A DNA stretch of 64,000 nucleotides from Pelomyxa schiedti (taxonomy: Eukaryota; Protista; Evosea). This document shows positions 48,709-62,396 of this stretch, one piece after another. The DNA lies in contig JAHLWZ010000564.1 of NCBI GenBank assembly GCA_020536535.1, positions 1-64,000 of the forward strand. Reading direction: 5' to 3'. Both the position numbers and the translations under genes were made by a program. The notes under the pieces are model-generated. The model did no database searches, was not told the DNA's origin, and saw nothing but the letters and a program-made list of their open reading frames with translations. Each line of letters starts with the position of its first letter. The first letter of the stretch is position 1.

Positions 48709-51206
48709 ATGCTTGTTGGTGGCGGATCTACGACAGGGACAGCAACGCAAATGGGCGACACAACTGGCTGCGGCAACTGTGAAGGCGAGGGCGTCCCTCG
48801 CGATGCGGAGATCTCTGTCGCAGTACAACCGGATCTCGAGATCCAAGGCTCAAACGCAAACGCAAATGCGGCAGCGATATTGGTGACCAGCACAAACACC
48901 AGCGGCGATGACGCCGTTGACGACTCTGTGCATCGCGACGACGGCGACGGCGGCGGGGGCAAACCAACTACAACTACTTCGTCGCCGTGCGGGATGTTGG
49001 ACAAGGCGTGCGTTGCTGTGTTCCGGTGCCGATTCGCAGGTGGCGTGAAGGAGGAGTTGCTGGCAGTGTGGAAGATGGCTTGGCCTATCTGCCTCGGCTA
49101 CGCTCTGTGGATGCAAATCGGCGTGGTGAACTTGATATTCATGGGTCACGTTGGCCCTAATGAGATGGGTATGCATGGAGCTCTGCTTTGTCCTCTCTGC
49201 CTGTGATAGTTTCTCGTCATTCTCGTTCTAACGTTCTGAATTGAATTTGTTTTTTCAGCGGCTTCCTCCCTTGCTATAATGCTAGCAAATGTAACTGGCT
49301 GGAGTGTCGGGATTGGCTTGTTAAGTGCAGTGGACACACTTGCGTAAGTACCTTAATTCATAGAGAATTTCTTACGCGTGTGTCAGATCACAAGCTTATG
49401 GTGCACAGAATTACAAAAAAGTGGGCATAATTCTACAAAGAGGTTGGTTTTCCCTGAAATCAAATAACACTGTTTTGTTATTTGATTTACACCCTCCAAG
49501 GTGTGTTGGTGTGCTGGTGCTACTGCATACCCATTATTGGTGTTTGGTTCTGTTCGGAATACATTCTGGTGTTTCTGAGACAGGTCACTTCTCTTTCTTG
49601 CTTTAAGATGCCAAAAGTCTCTTTAGGATCCAGAGATCTCTGCTGCAGCTGCAAGATTCATGAAGATAATCAGTCCGTCATTGTTTCCCTTTTTCTTGTA
49701 CGAATCCACCAAGAGAACTCTTCAGTGCCAAGGGATAGTTTTCCCAGCCATGGTACCATCTCTTTCTTGGTCGCTCTTCTCCAACACACCTTGCAGATCG
49801 TTTGTGCGGCCGCTGTTGTACTTCTGGTGATTCTGCTCTGTTTTTTTGTTTTATATCTTGGACTTGGCCTCACAGGTAAAGAGGCATACCATTTTGCATT
49901 TAATGGTTTTCAGGATCCGCCATTTCAATGACAATTGTTTATTTCTTCATGCCTTCCGTTCTCATACCCTATATTATCATCAGAAAATTGCATCGCCAGT
50001 TGAGATCCAATATCCATAGAAACATTTAACACCGTACCAGGATGTGGGGAGGATTTTCTCGCGAATGTTTCAAAAATTGGAAGGAATTTTTGTTTTTGGG
50101 CCTGCCTGGCGCCTTCATGACCTGTGCTGAGTGGTGGGCTTTTGAAATCATGACGATTCTTTCCGGTAGGCCTAATTAGTTTTTGGACTCTGTTCTAATA
50201 TAAAAAGGTCTTCTTGGCACTGTATCTCTGGCATCAAACGTTGTAATCATGAACACCTACGGCATCTTTTTCATGGTGTGTTCTTCTTTCCTCCGGTGCA
50301 ATTCCATTAACTGCCTGTTGCCAGATTCCACTTGGAATGTCTGTAGTATCTGCAACAAGGGTTGGAAATGCTCTTGGAGCCAACTTTCCTACCCGAGCAA
50401 GGTGCACCGCACTATCCAGTGGTCTCCTTCTTGTAACAAAAACTCAGAATGGTCTCCATTATGACGTTGTCTATTACAATATTTACTGAGGTTATTCAAA
50501 CATCCTTGCTGTTGGCATGCCATGAATTCTGGGCGAAAATGTACACAAATAATGATGAAGTAGTAGCACTGGTATGACATTCCCCAATACCTGTTTCTTT
50601 GCCCAACAAATTTGAATGCAGGTTGCCAAGCTCTTGCCCATGTGCGCCCTGTTTCTCACCTCTGATGGACTTCAGGTGTGTGGTGGGGGTGTACTCCGTG
50701 GCTGCGGAAGGCAGAAGTGGGGTGCGTGTATCAACTTGGCCTCATTCTACGTTTTTGGATTACCTCTGGGAGCTGTACTCACGTTTGTTGCGGACCTGGG
50801 ACTCTGGGGGATATGGATAGGCGAAGGGGTGTGTTCTCCTTTTCTTCTGAAACTCCTTTGGTTCGACTCACTCATCCATCCCAAGGTGGCATTGACCCTG
50901 TCCTCTACTTCCTTCATTTTTCTTGTAGTACTCACCAAGTGGCAACTGATTGCCCAGCGCGTTTCCGATAGAGAAAAAGCCTACGCTGTAGACTCCCACC
51001 CCTCTATCTCTGACAAACCGGCCGATTCAACACCAGAATCAGCCACAACTACAACAACAACCATCATAACCTCCGGAACATCAGCAGACCCCAGCATTAC
51101 CACATCAGAGGTTGTTGAGCCAGTTGCAATATCAACAGGTGATGAGCCATCATCGCGGCTTGTGGAGATGGTACCCGTTAACCACCGGTCAACTGAGGAC
51201 CCCTAA
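48709..51206 (+). CDS. MATE-family multidrug/toxin efflux transporter
   Basis: FMGHVGPNEM, IGLLSAVDTLASQAYGA, VGIILQRG, MTCAEWWAFEI, TRVGNALGA, DGLQVCGGGVLRGCGRQKWGACINLASFYVFGLPLG. Confidence 0.93.
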
Positions 51207-51449
51207 CAGTCTTTATGGGGTCGGCAAGGTCATAGTCAGCTATGTTGACAACAAATAGGGATTGTGAATAGCCCTCTATCAGTGGCACTCTAAACATGTG
51301 CCATCTGTGTGGTATTTAATTCACCAATACAAAAATCAGAATTTTGATTGTTTTGTGAACTATCCCTTGGTTCTGCAACGGTGTGATGATAGGCAATTTT
51401 TTCCCGCCTTTGTTCATGCATCGGCAAACAACACGCCACTACCGACAGC

Positions 51450-52568
51450 AAATGGCATAAACTGCCGGGATTTCAGTCAATTTATTTGGTGGTGGCAGTA
51501 GTTCCCTGCGTGGACTGCGTTGTGCTAGGGAGAGTTTACAGAGAGATCTTATTTAAATCAACTGTGTGCACTACATACATTCACCTGGAGATGTTGTTGC
51601 TTGAAAACAACCCACCCATAAATGATGACGGTTTACTTTACACCGTGTGTTTACTTGATCTTATTGTATTTGTAGAGGTGCGTGATGGCAGACGCTGCCT
51701 GACCTCATCTTTTGTAGAAAGGGATGATGAGTGGAAGAGCAAGAGATATTCTCAGTCAATTGTGTATAACCGGCTAACCACGTAATTTACTTCTGCCATT
51801 CGTATCTATTCAGTCTTTATAGAGCAGCGCCACAGGAACTTGTGCGGTGCCGAGTGGAGGTAAATCTCACCCCTTGTTCAAGCACTTATATCACAAAGCG
51901 ACAACGAATTTCTATGCACAGAGTATATTTATGCCTGTTGGAGGAAAGTTATCAGCTCTTACTTGTGGCGAGAAAGAGTTTGACACCCTCTTTCTCTGTG
52001 GACTTCTTCTCGAGCTTCAACGATCAATCTGACAGAACAATTCTTGCCAGGCTCAGGTAAGATCAAGTGACCTATTTTTTTTACAACTTCTCAGTCACGT
52101 TGGTGGATGTGAATATGCACTGCAAGCAAACAGTTCGTTCTGTTTGCCCAAAGAGAGGCCACAATTAGCAACCATTATTCGTGTATTATCTCTCTGTGTA
52201 CCTACCTACTTTTTTTAACAGCTCTGCAGAGGGACAACGACATTCACCATAAATCTAGGAGAGTCTGTGTGGTATGGAATTTTAACTTAAGAAAGAAAAC
52301 CTAATTTGTAGATCGTTCCCGCATTGACAAGCACTGGTTACGCAATCAACCTCACAGGATCCCTGTTGAAACTTGCCAAGGCAGGAGTTCATGATGTACA
52401 AGTCTTGCAGTCAAAAATTCCAAGTAATTGTTATTGCGACAATTTTTCTCAATTAAGATATCCTTAGTCTGGAATGCCGATCGAAAAGTATACGAGGTGA
52501 ATACTTCTCACGCTGCTTATTTAAATTAAATGCGCTACATAGCTTTCTTTCTCTGGGAGGATAAGTGA
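51450..52568 (+). CDS. Hypothetical multi-exon protein
   Basis: Consistent series of GT-AG introns giving an open frame ending ...IRAFFLWEDK*; start unresolved; no family recognised. Confidence 0.45.
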
Positions 52569-52961
52569 CATAGCATCGAGGAAGGCATGTGTGCTGCAAT
52601 TCATTCTCGATTTCCTTATGTGAGCGGAACCAATATTTGGTTAGAACTTCCAGCTTGAGCACCCTGACCCCTTCTGTTCCAAACCGGTTCTGCAATTCGG
52701 ACGCCTTTCCAAGTCTGTGTTCGCTCTTGGTTCGTACTTCCATCCCTCCACTTACTTGTAATGGGATGGATACCTGACCCTCACACTCAGATTACTCCTT
52801 CCCACTTAACCTTCTCCAAGCCTTTGCCGCCTCGGTCGTGGCGTCCGAGGTGTTTTGAACCTGCCTGCCCATTTATGTGTCATAGTCACCATCACACTAC
52901 GAAGAAAGAACTTTTGTCACCTAAAATTGCTTTTTTTTTTTCTATCTGGTTGTGGGGCACT

Positions 52962-55223
52962 ATGGCGTCGTCGTACCAGCACATAGGGGGCGGGGTTCCC
53001 GTGACAGTGGTGATTATGGGTGTTAGTGTTGCCCTTGTGCTGCTGGCCAGCATCATGACGACTACGGTGGTACCAGGCGCCGCTGCGGACGCCGTCGTGG
53101 ACGCGGGGGGTGCTAGTGCCGCCCCTGCTGCTGCTGGTGGTGACGACGACACTGCGGCGCCCACCGCGACGGGGACGGACAACAACAAGAATGAGAATGA
53201 GGCTTCTGAGGCCACAACCACCAGCAGTGGCGGTGGTGGCGGTGGTGCTGGCGATGGTGAGAGCAGGACCGCGACGACTACGACGAGGACTGAGAATGGG
53301 GAATCAAACACGGCCGATGGTGGGGCCAGCAGCAGCAGCGGCGGCGGCGGCGGCGGCGGCGGCGGTGGCCGTGGGGGGACAGGGAAGTGGGCAACCACGG
53401 GGATGTGGCTGGGGAGTGGCCAGCCTGCTGCCGTGGACTTGGACAACCCTGCAAACTCATCAAAGAGGTTGCTTGCTTGCTTGCTTGCTTGTTGCTTGCT
53501 TGCGCTGCTAACTTTGTTGGTCTGTATTAATGGCGTTTGTTTGTTAGGATGCCCGAATTCATTGCACAGATCGAGAATGAGCTCAAGCGGTTTTACCACA
53601 AACGCGGGGAGAGCTCAGAGGGTGATGAGGATACCCAAGTGAAGCTGCGGGATGTAAGGTTCCAGTACATCAAGTATTACGACGGGCACGATGTGTTGAA
53701 GAGTTCCTATTACGGTGAAGGTTCTCCAAAAATTTTTCCACTCTTGTTGTTGATTTTAACTAGGAGGGTATGTGCAATATGAACTTGTGTTTGCACTTTA
53801 CGTTTTTGCAACAGCAGAAACGTTCCCCAGTGCAGCCTCAAATTTACAACCTCACTGCCACAACATCACATTGTTCGTTGATCACCGCGTGGTGGGCCAC
53901 GTTTCTACCCATACATGGTATCCAGGCACTTGCAGCGACGAAAATTCCTTCCCTGAAAGTAAAGGGAATGATCTATGCCAGGGCGATTCTTGCAGTAACA
54001 CTGCAGCTGATTCGAGTGAGGCCGGCTGTGTCAAGTTATTGTTGTACAATATATGGAACTACTCTCCTCCCTGGGAGAACAGACTCCATATGCTTGTAGA
54101 AGAAGTATGAATACATGACTTTTTCCACATTCTAACGCGCAGTTTTACCCAAGATAGCTTTCAATAATCCAGATGTTATTGCATTCCAAGAGCTCAGATA
54201 TTCCACATGGGAAGGGGAACAACGAATGTATCAAAACACCCAATATGGGCGACTGCAGGTTGGGAAACAAAACATAAGTTGTGTAACCACGTTGCCTAGT
54301 AGATTACACATTTTGTAGATCTCCTGGAAGATAAGCTTGGTTTCCGGTATCAATACTCCTTTCAGCCGGCCATGCTGTGTGTCTTTTTTCCGGAAAGTTG
54401 TTCTCTTACTGTCAAATAGGTACCTACACCGAATTTACACTGAAGGAACTTATGACATAGAGGGAGTTGGGATCTTAAGCAAATTCCCACTTTCTGCTAT
54501 CCAATACAAACTATTACAGAAGAATATTTGGGAACCTACAGATGAGCATCAACGTGTGTGCCACGCCACCACAATACAAACGCCACATGGACCTTTCACA
54601 GTCCTCAATACACACTTGTCACTTTCTGGTATGAATTTTTTTCCCCATGTTTCAAAATTTCTAATGCCTCTCAGATTATTCCCGCTATAGAAATGTAGCA
54701 GAAATTTGGGAATTTTCACAGCAGCTCCCGCTTCCTCAATTACTGTGTGGTGATTTCAATTCGGAACCAACAGGAAATGCACTTAAATTCCTTACCGGAA
54801 GGGAAGCTCTTCCGGAGGAAATTACACCAACCGCCGCAACTCTTCCCGGTATTCCCCCTATCTCCCAGCCAATTCCCGTTGCCTAACTACCACGCTTTTC
54901 TCACAGATTTCAAGGATTCGTGGGAGATAACTCACCCACCAACGCAGAGTTGCACTGATGACGGCTGCCAGTACACCTCAGACCCCGGCCTGACATTCAA
55001 CAGAGCCGGCAATCTCACGAAGAGAATAGACTTCCTTCTCACCCGAGGCAGAATAACACCCAAAGGTAAACAAACAACCACCACCCCGCACCAAAAATAC
55101 TAAAACTCATCAAAAACAGAAGTTCAAGTTGCTGGTGATGCATCACTCAGTACCACCAACACTGAGGGCAAACCAGTGCCACCTTCTGACCACATGCCTC
55201 TTCTCACAACCCTGTGCCTGTGA
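52962..55223 (+). CDS. Secreted/membrane endonuclease-exonuclease-phosphatase (EEP) family hydrolase
   Basis: YNIWN, PDVIAFQE, GVGILSKFP, VLNTHLS, LCGDFNSEP, KRIDFLL, PSDHMPL; N-terminal hydrophobic segment. Confidence 0.9.
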
Positions 55224-55455
55224 GTGAATCACCACTGGCGATTAGATCGATCTGATCAGACTCTCCCTTATAGTAAACACACGAAACGTGCACGCAACCC
55301 CAAAAACAAACCGTTCGTTCGAAATCTGAGAAAACAGCCTAAACAACGCACGGAACCGCCTTTCGTAGTTGTGTGTTGTTGGTCATCCACCCAAAGACAA
55401 CAAAACAATCACAACCCTCCTCGACCACAACGAGCCGCACCCATAATACACAACG

Positions 55456-58400
55456 ATGGCTACCACTATGACGATAAAGGGCTCCCAGGGTGTTGGCGGT
55501 GGGTGGCGACGGGGCCTCAAGTCAGTCGGCGCTACACCGACCACTGCCACCCCGTCATCGTCATCTACTGCTCCATCGTCCTCTACTACTAATGCTACGA
55601 CAACGAGTGCAACCAGTGCGTCCTCGTCGGCGCCGGCTTCGACGAGCAAAGTTACTGTCAACAACAACGTGGCTGCATCAAAACTAGACGTGGTGAATGG
55701 CGGCGGTGGGGGCCGGAGTCCCATAATCACACGAAAGAACACTGTTACTGTTGTTGGTTCTGGCTCCGGTGTTGGGAATAGTGGTGGCAGCAAAACTAGT
55801 AGTGGCGGGGCCGGTTCTGGGAGGAAATTGACAATTGCTTCTGAGAAGCCGAGCGAGGCAACTGCAGCTGTGGTTGTTGACGTGGGGGCAACTGAGGTAG
55901 CCAAGTCAAACCCAAAGCTGAATTCCATCACTCTTTCTCAGGTATATCTTGCATGTTAAAAAGCAAATAGTATGCGGGCCAATTAATTTCTATCATACTG
56001 CTTTTATGCCAACGGACCATAACCAACGTCACGGAAAGGTTCTGAAAAATCCGGTTTATAAGGAGGCTTATTCTCTGTATCTTGAAACAAAGCGGTGCAG
56101 TGAAGTCCTTGATTTTTATGATGCTGTTGAGTTATTAAAATCTACAGCGCATTTATTTAAGAATGAGTCTCGTGCCAACAATTTGCGGACAGGTGAGTGC
56201 ACTGTAGTTTTCAGTTACTAACCCTTCCAAGATGCCTGGAAAGAGATGGTAATGGATATATTCACGCACTTCATCTGCGAAGACTCACCGGAGCAAATTA
56301 ATATTCCTGGCACTACCCTTTCTTCTATCACTGCCAAAGTGAATTCAAGTAGACAGAGTTTCCCGGCTTAAATATGGTTTGACTATGAACAACAGATAAT
56401 TTCCCATTGGATATTTTTGACTCTGCCCAGGAAGAGATGCGGAAAATGATGCAGTCAGGTAGTTGTGATGATATCTGTAACACCAAAGACCAATTTGAAT
56501 ACTAGATTCATTCCAGCAATTTTTGGTAACACCTACTTTCAAGCTCCTTCTTTCTACCCATCCTCTCATAGTGTCAGAATCCGGTACACCCCTCCCTGAA
56601 TTTGTCAAAAATTCACTCTGGTAGATATTACCTTCCCAGAAGTGTCCGCTCTGCCAATATGTCCCAAATGCGAAATGGAAATCGCGGTAGAATCGAAAAC
56701 TTGTATTGTAAAAGACTCCCTATGGCATGCCGCTTGCGTTTCATGCATTCACTGCGATGCACCTCTTTCTGTAAGTGATTATAGCCAGCAGTTTCCAAAG
56801 TGCTCCAGTTGTAATGTACCGTTTCTGAAGGACATCCTTTGATCAAACTAAGCTAATACAGTTATTTGATTATACCGTTTCCGCAATGCAAGCAAATGAT
56901 AAAAGGGTAATTTAAATGTAATTTAATATCGAATTGACCACAGCAGATGTTTCAAGACACAACTCCATCTTGCCTCACTTGCGACCAACTCATAGATGAT
57001 GAAGAGTACATTGTACGCACAACAACAGAGAGGCCGGGAGAAAGGTTCTTTTGGCACAGTAGGTGCTTCATGTGCCCTTACTGTGAACCGCTTGATGTTC
57101 CCCCTACCCTTCCTTTTCCCTTCGAGAGTGTAACCAAAGTATGTCAAGTAGGCTACCATACTATTCAGTCACTCATCCGTTCAACTAGATGAATTTCTCT
57201 TTATCTGAAATGACTGTTACTTGCGGTTCCCATTCGACATGCCCCGCTGTTCCTTTTCACATTCCCAAAAGTAGTGCCACCTCACCCTATTCGAAGAGAA
57301 AATAACACACTTCTCCAGGGCCCAGACAAGAAATTCTCTCCCTCAGACCTCCTCTTCAAACTCCTCACGCCCCTATCCTCTCCCTGCCTGAAATGCCTCC
57401 TAGACTATTCTCCTTCCATTCTCGCTGGCCTAGTCCTCCTCAAATTGTTCCTCCTTTGTACTTTCCACCAGTTCCACCATCCCCGGTCCGTGCCACCAAT
57501 CGGCGTGTTCCACTCACTGTAATTGTAGCTCCTCCTCACATGGCGCAAAACAATCTCCCTATCCCGATTTGTACCTGTGTCTTCGGGTAAATATCCCTCT
57601 TACATTCCTATTCAATAACCTCGATACATAGTAATGAAGCCAAGTGCCCCTGCAGCCCTTTGCAGCACCTATCGCACAAAGTTGATTCCTCAAACCCTTC
57701 CTCTCCCGCGCCAATGCATTTTCGTTCACAATCCGTGTGTCCTGTCAGAGTTACTCCAACAGCCTTGCTAAGCCTGAGGCACCAAAGAAGAGGCAATACT
57801 ACAGCTCCTGGTACAATTCCGGCCTCGCACCCTCCTCGTCTCCCTGTTCAACCGCCTGCACTCCTTGTGGAATCAATTCCTATTCCACCCCAACCATGTA
57901 ACTATAATAACCCTAAAGTTCACGCTCCAATTTCCCCAGAATGCATGAGGGGGCTAAATCCTCAACCCCCATTGATAAAAGGTACAAGACCACCACTATC
58001 TATCATGATCCGGCCTTCCAAAACAACTATGGAGCTAATTCCACCCCCCAGCCAATGTGAAAACATTAGACCGCCGTCATCTGCTATGACTGTACCCCTA
58101 TACACACTAGTGGCTCCTCCCCCAACAAAAAGGTTTCAAGTTCAGGTACCTGAGAATGTGGAACTTCCAGAACCAAAAAAAATTCAACAAGAAACAGTCC
58201 AAGTGCACTCCCAGGAGTTGGCCTTACAACCCAAATTGCATGAAGTAGTCAACATCAAACCTACGAAACTCTCTGCAGTTCATGTGGAGGCTGTAGCTGA
58301 TGATGGGAATGATGACTATGCCCAATTCCAGGCCTCACTCCACAGTACCCCAAAAAGAAGATCACGAGAGGAGAAAGAAAGAGCTCTCGCTGAAACCATA

Positions 58401-59624
58401 CCCCTCGAATCTCAGCTTGAAGTAATTCAGCAATTGCAGCAACAACAGCAAAAAATCACGCAGCTGCAAAGAAGAAAATCTAACATGTACAATCACTTGA
58501 CTTCGGAACAACTCAAACAAGAGGCTGTTGTACAGTTTCACCAACTTCGAAAACAACAAGAGGAACGCCAACGTCTGCACCAGCAGCTATTGAAGGACAA
58601 CAGAATAAGGAACAAGATACTGAAACACAAGCAACGCCGGCAGTCTTCTTTGAAGGAACTTCTCACCGACGTAGAAAACCTACCAGAATCAGTTGTCCAA
58701 CAACCAGAAACCGGTCATGCCTCAACCGAATATGTGCAGCAAAGAGAGCAAGCCTCTTTTTATAAAATGCTACAGTCTGCACTGTCAGCCCAACCACCGC
58801 CACGTCCAGATATCTCAGCTGTTTTCACTTCCACCAATTCCAACTCAACAAATTCCACGAGTCCCACCCAGCCTCAGACACCAAGGTCACAGACCCCTCC
58901 TCCTCAGGTCCTTAAACCACAGGGGTACAGCACCGCAACCGTCAAGGCTCCACCGACAACAGCTTCAGCCAGTCCGCCTTCCACTCACTTAAGAAATAGC
59001 AGTGTGGTGCCTCCAGGCTCCACCAACACAGAAAACTGTATGTCATGTAACAAGCCTGTGACCGCTTCCACACCCCATAAATTTGTATGTGATTTCTTCA
59101 ATTCTGTAAAACCAACACAAACATAGATTCCTGGTCTAAACCGGCGAGTGCATAACGACTGCATTTTATGCGTTACCTGCGGTATCAAGATTCCATCTAG
59201 TTTCGGCATGGTATGGCTCTTAAAAATATATCTGACCAGTGTCATTATGCCGCAGCCTATACTATTATAATTGTCTTGCAAAGCGCACCAAAAATTCACC
59301 AAAAATACAGACCGAAGGCAAATTCTACTGCACTGGTTGTTATTCCCGGCGGATGCAGAACACCGTGTGCTTTGTATGCCATGAACCAATTCCGGCTTCT
59401 TCATTTGCTGTGAATGCCGAAGGAAAACACTGCCACTCCAAGTGCTTTTGTTGCTCCCTATGCAAGGTAGACAAATCATCCTTTTCGCAAACAAGTACTC
59501 ATTATTTTGAAAGGCACCTTTTGGAGACATGTCATTCACCAAACTTAGGGACAAATTCCTGTGTCCCTCTTGTCACACCAAGGTCATTACACTACTTCAA
59601 TCACGCCAGGAACATAGACTGTAA
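55456..59624 (+). CDS. RGS-domain + multiple LIM-domain protein
   Basis: RGS: YLETKRCSEVLDFYDAVE...FICEDSPEQINIP...IFDSAQEE...DSFQQFL. LIM motifs CPKC...WHAACVSCIHC, CLTC...WHSRCFMCPYC, CFVCH...HSKCFCCSLC. Central P/Q-rich linker. Confidence 0.85.
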
Positions 59625-59707
59625 CACTAATCACTCCAAAAATAAGAAATTTTGTGTATCAATACCTGAGGTGAACAAAATGGAATTTTTTGTGTTTTTA
59701 AATACTT

Positions 59708-60633
59708 TTACAAGTCTGTAGGGCCGGGTTTAGTGAAACAGAGAACGATAAATGGACTGGTAGTGGGATTGTATTCTTCATCGTTGTATCCACCAAGGGT
59801 CTTGGTGAGTTCTAGGCCACATTCCTCTGCCGTGTCAATCAGTTCTTGCTTTTCAACCAGTTCGAACTTGATGGGTAGTGAGACACTACAACCTCGGGCA
59901 CAATCCACATAGTACTGTTCGCCAGTTGCTATCCGGCTGCATTCAGATAGTTCCCCCTTGGAATATACCTTGTTGGGATATCACATTCAATTGCCGGGTG
60001 TTGTGAGATTGGTACCTCGATGCTTCCGGAAGTGTGAATCAGCCTCAGCTAGTTCCGGGTCCTTTGGTTCAGTTCCGGATTGGCTAATATTCTTGTACGA
60101 TTCCCGCTTGACTGTAGGATTGTGCAGAGTGAGAATCAGAGTTCCATGCGGAGCTAGATGCCGAGCAAGAGCAGTAACTGTCATAGTGCGGGATGACATT
60201 TCCAGGAAATACTATTCAAAGCAATAAATACAAGTCCGAATTTTGAATTTTCTTTCACCAAGGTCCAGCTTTCTGGCATCCTAAGGAGGGTTAAATTAAG
60301 CAGGTACGGTTTATTGGATTCAACCTGGTACATAGTTTCAATGATTCCCCTAGGGGAAACGTTTGTGGCTTTTTCACTAAGCTTCCGAAGCATAGAGTTG
60401 CAATAGTCTACTGCAACAACAACACGGTGCGCAGCGGCTCCATCAATTGCCAAGGGTATAGACACTCTCCCAGTGCCGGCCATTACTTCGAGAATCTGGT
60501 TGTTTCCACAAGAAGTGCATGCCTCTCTCGCCATCCTTTTCCAAAATGGAAGATCGATGGCGGAGACTTTGTCAGCAAGAATATCGTAGTAATTGTCAGC
60601 GATAGAGTCCCAGTTGATGGTCTTGCCAGACAT
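59708..60633 (-). CDS. Class I SAM-dependent methyltransferase
   Basis: YYDIL...DLPFW, motif I ILEVMAGTGRVSIPLA, VVAVDYCNSML, FGLVFIALNS, ARHLAPHGTLIL. Confidence 0.85.
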
Positions 60634-60644
60634 CGAATTGACCC

Positions 60645-62305
60645 TGTCCAGAAATTGGCACCTATCACATACTAGCCCAGTCGCCATGCCCACATCTGAG
60701 AGGTTCGTGTTATTTAGCAGGATAGGATGTACCCTCTGCAATTGGTTGCATTCCAAGTTTCGCGTAAGTGCCCATAGGATCCTCTTGACATCCGGCTGCC
60801 AGTGGAATACCACAATGCAAGCAATTTTCTCTTCACACTCTGTCTGTACAAGTGCTGAAGTAAGATTAGGCATAAGTGTTGAAGAAGTGGGAAGTGCGGT
60901 ACCAGAGTAAGCAGAGTGTCGCTCGGCGAGGCTACGTGTATTAATAGGTTTCATACAAAGTGCTTCACAGTGTCTACGCCAACCTCTTCGATGTTGATCT
61001 GATACATTCTTCCAAGTGCGGCACACAAGTCTCATCTTACAAAGGTCAAACATGTCTAGCCATTCGAATATCTGTAAGCAGCAAGCATTATAACTGCTAC
61101 CTGAGATTGATGAAACTCACACCTCTGACCAAAGAGGAAATGCAGAGGACAGTTCAGAGGTGCAAAGGACTCCTGGTTGTGGTGGGTATACAATGGTAGC
61201 CCTCACCGCGGAAGGCATCGAGTAACACAAGGAAAATTCAGCTGGAGGCCAATCAAGATTCACTGGGACAGAGATGCGCTTTAGCTTAAATTGATCTAGC
61301 ATCGAGAGTAGAAGAAAGATAGGTTTTTCTCTGAGTGGTTCTGATTTAGAAACAGAAGCTAGTAATGAAGCGGCATCATCAAGTCTGATACAATGTGACA
61401 AAAAGAAAGATGAAAAAAGAAATAATACTGTGGGAGTGAGTCAGCCGTGAGCTCATCATAGCTAGTTAAGGATACAAAGAATAGGACAGCGGAGACATCG
61501 TCATAACTAGAATATATAAATCGACACGAAGTTGAATATTCATCCACCAGTGGATCCATTTCTTGCGTTGGGGAGGAGTCCCTCCCACATCAAGAACTAA
61601 TACTCCGCTTCCTTCAATGTCCATTTCCCAGGTGTGAATTCCAGTACTGGGAATTCCAGAACTCAGAACTTCCCAGATTGTAGTAAGAGGAGAATGCTGG
61701 GATAGCCTCCAAAGGAGATCTGATGATGAAACGAAACTAGCTAGAGGTGTTAGGTGAAGTCCCAGTTCATGATACTTGAAGAGCAAGCAGTCAGAGAAAA
61801 AAAATGAAATAATGAAAGCAGACATTAGTGAGGATAGATTTAACAGCAGGGTCATTTTTCAAAAGGTCATACAACTTGGAGAATGTACTTGTATCCAGTG
61901 ACCCTAAGCATTCTAAAATCTTACAGGAATGTTGAGGAGTAACAACAGCAAAACACTTAGATACAAAAAACAAAAAAGAAAAGCATAAGCACTTACATCA
62001 GGTGGCAGCAACCCTGGCTTCTGAATGTTTAATGAAACAAAGAGATTCACAACACTGGCCCTGAGTTTGAGCACACTTCCATCAGAGTGCATTGTCCCAT
62101 AACGGTTTTGTGCCCCCTCAACGCACCCATACAAATACCCAAGTGCCCGAAAAAATGTACTGAGTCGTGTGAGTGAGCGACGGACTTCTTCTAAGAAAAA
62201 CACAAGAGTAGCCAACTATGCACACGATTTTCCAGTTGACTGAGGTCCCAAAAGTACCACCTTTTTGCGCAGTACTCCACCACCGTCACCTTCCCCGTCC
62301 ATCAT
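60645..62305 (-). CDS. Degenerate heterotrimeric G-alpha-like protein containing an F-box
   Basis: P-loop KVVLLGPQSTGKST, GIPSTGI, LDVGGTPPQRKKWIH, DVSAVLFFVSLTSYDE, PIFLLLSMLD; then F-box LWSEIFEWLDMFDLCKMRLVCRTWKNV. 3' end uncertain. Confidence 0.75.
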
Positions 62306-62396
62306 CAAACGCCCCGAAAACCACCAAATTCAAAAAAATTGCGGCGATTCAAACATCACACGGAGAAGGCCTTGTTGTTGTTCCCGCTTGCTTCCC

